The notes under the pieces: generated by a model
The model's database searches: none
Told to the model about the DNA's origin: nothing
The model's input: the letters and a program-made list of their open reading frames with translations, nothing else
IMG/VR virus record: IMGVR_UViG_3300006868_000023
Coordinates: 1-55,840 of that record
Direction: 5' to 3' (one strand)
DNA from: a virus
Taxonomy: Duplodnaviria; Caudoviricetes
Length of the DNA: 55,840 bases
In this document: positions 55,455 through 55,840 of the stretch, in pieces
Numbering within the stretch: the stretch's first letter is position 1
Layout of the letters: each line of letters begins with the position of its first letter
Position numbers and translations under genes: made by a program

Positions 55455-55468
55455 TACTTATGTATAAT
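55441..55468 (+). promoter_or_regulatory. sigma70-like promoter
   Basis: TTGACA-N16-TATAAT. Confidence 0.75.
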
Positions 55469-55475
55469 ATAAATT

Positions 55476-55655
55476 ATGAATATTAATATATCGACATCTA
55501 AAGGCAGAACAAAGATAGCAACTGACATAGATTGCGACTTTGAGTCTGAACAAGACTGGCAAGACTTTATGCTAGAGTTGTTTAGTTTTTTACAAGCGGC
55601 AGGTGTTGACTTGCCAGAAGAAATTGAAACAGCCTTAGATGAGTTTTATGATTGA
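55476..55655 (+). CDS. Small acidic protein, 59 aa (not in ORF track)
   Basis: MNINISTSKGRTKIATDIDCDFESEQDWQDFMLELFSFLQAAGVDLPEEIETALDEFYD. Confidence 0.6.
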   Translation: MNINISTSKGRTKIATDIDCDFESEQDWQDFMLELFSFLQAAGVDLPEEIETALDEFYD

Positions 55656-55664
55656 GGAGGCGTA

Positions 55665-55840
55665 ATGGCAATATCAGATGAAATGAGAGAACAACTTGAA
55701 ATGGTTATCCAGTATGGAGACCAAATCAAGGCTATGTACAAAGAACAAGATGACGTTGATTATGAGATTGGTGACTATGATGAACCTATCACAGAACTGT
55801 TAGGTCATATGAATCAAGTGATGGAAGAAATTGACGGAGG
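55665..55840 (+). CDS. Hypothetical protein, truncated by window end
   Basis: GAGGAGG SD; MAISDEMREQLEMVIQYGDQ... stays open to the end of the window. Confidence 0.65.
   Translation, partial: MAISDEMREQLEMVIQYGDQIKAMYKEQDDVDYEIGDYDEPITELLGHMNQVMEEIDG

Noticed and set aside
1-55840. Stop-codon reassignment, as seen in some large phages
   Set aside because: Recognisable genes are full length in the standard code and TAA, TAG and TGA all terminate genes
1-55840. Cellular (bacterial) origin suggested by the many housekeeping genes
   Set aside because: T4-type late motifs, PolB with clamp and clamp loader, tail fibres and scattered auxiliary genes without their bacterial operon context indicate a phage

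Overview
An AT-rich, gene-dense segment of a large lytic dsDNA phage (distant T4-like/jumbo type), read in the standard code and mostly on the + strand. A Gram-negative proteobacterial host is inferred from guaC, fdxA, clpA/clpP, psiE, a Gcw_chp-like porin and spanin-like lipoproteins. Replication genes: PolB, sliding clamp, clamp loader, a TGT/DpdA-like base-exchange enzyme and a truncated DnaE-like protein. Proteostasis genes: ClpA, ClpP, DnaJ and two GroES. Fe-S and auxiliary metabolic genes: SufE-like, IscA, ferredoxin, two radical SAM enzymes, GuaC, NadE, UDP-glucose dehydrogenase, PhoH, PsiE and ACP. The window also has three large tail/virion proteins and four tRNAs. The most interesting signals lie outside the ORF track: (1) a perfect T4-type late promoter driving a tandem glutamine (glnA-type) riboswitch in front of an unannotated basic 54-aa peptide (37686-37990, minus strand); (2) candidate structured RNAs at 6736-6900, 43588-43685 and 48297-48449; (3) apparently leaderless genes at fixed distances from late and sigma70-type promoters, the latter mostly with a 16-bp spacer; (4) apparent avoidance of GCWGC. 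All family calls come from motif recognition by eye; no database searches were run.
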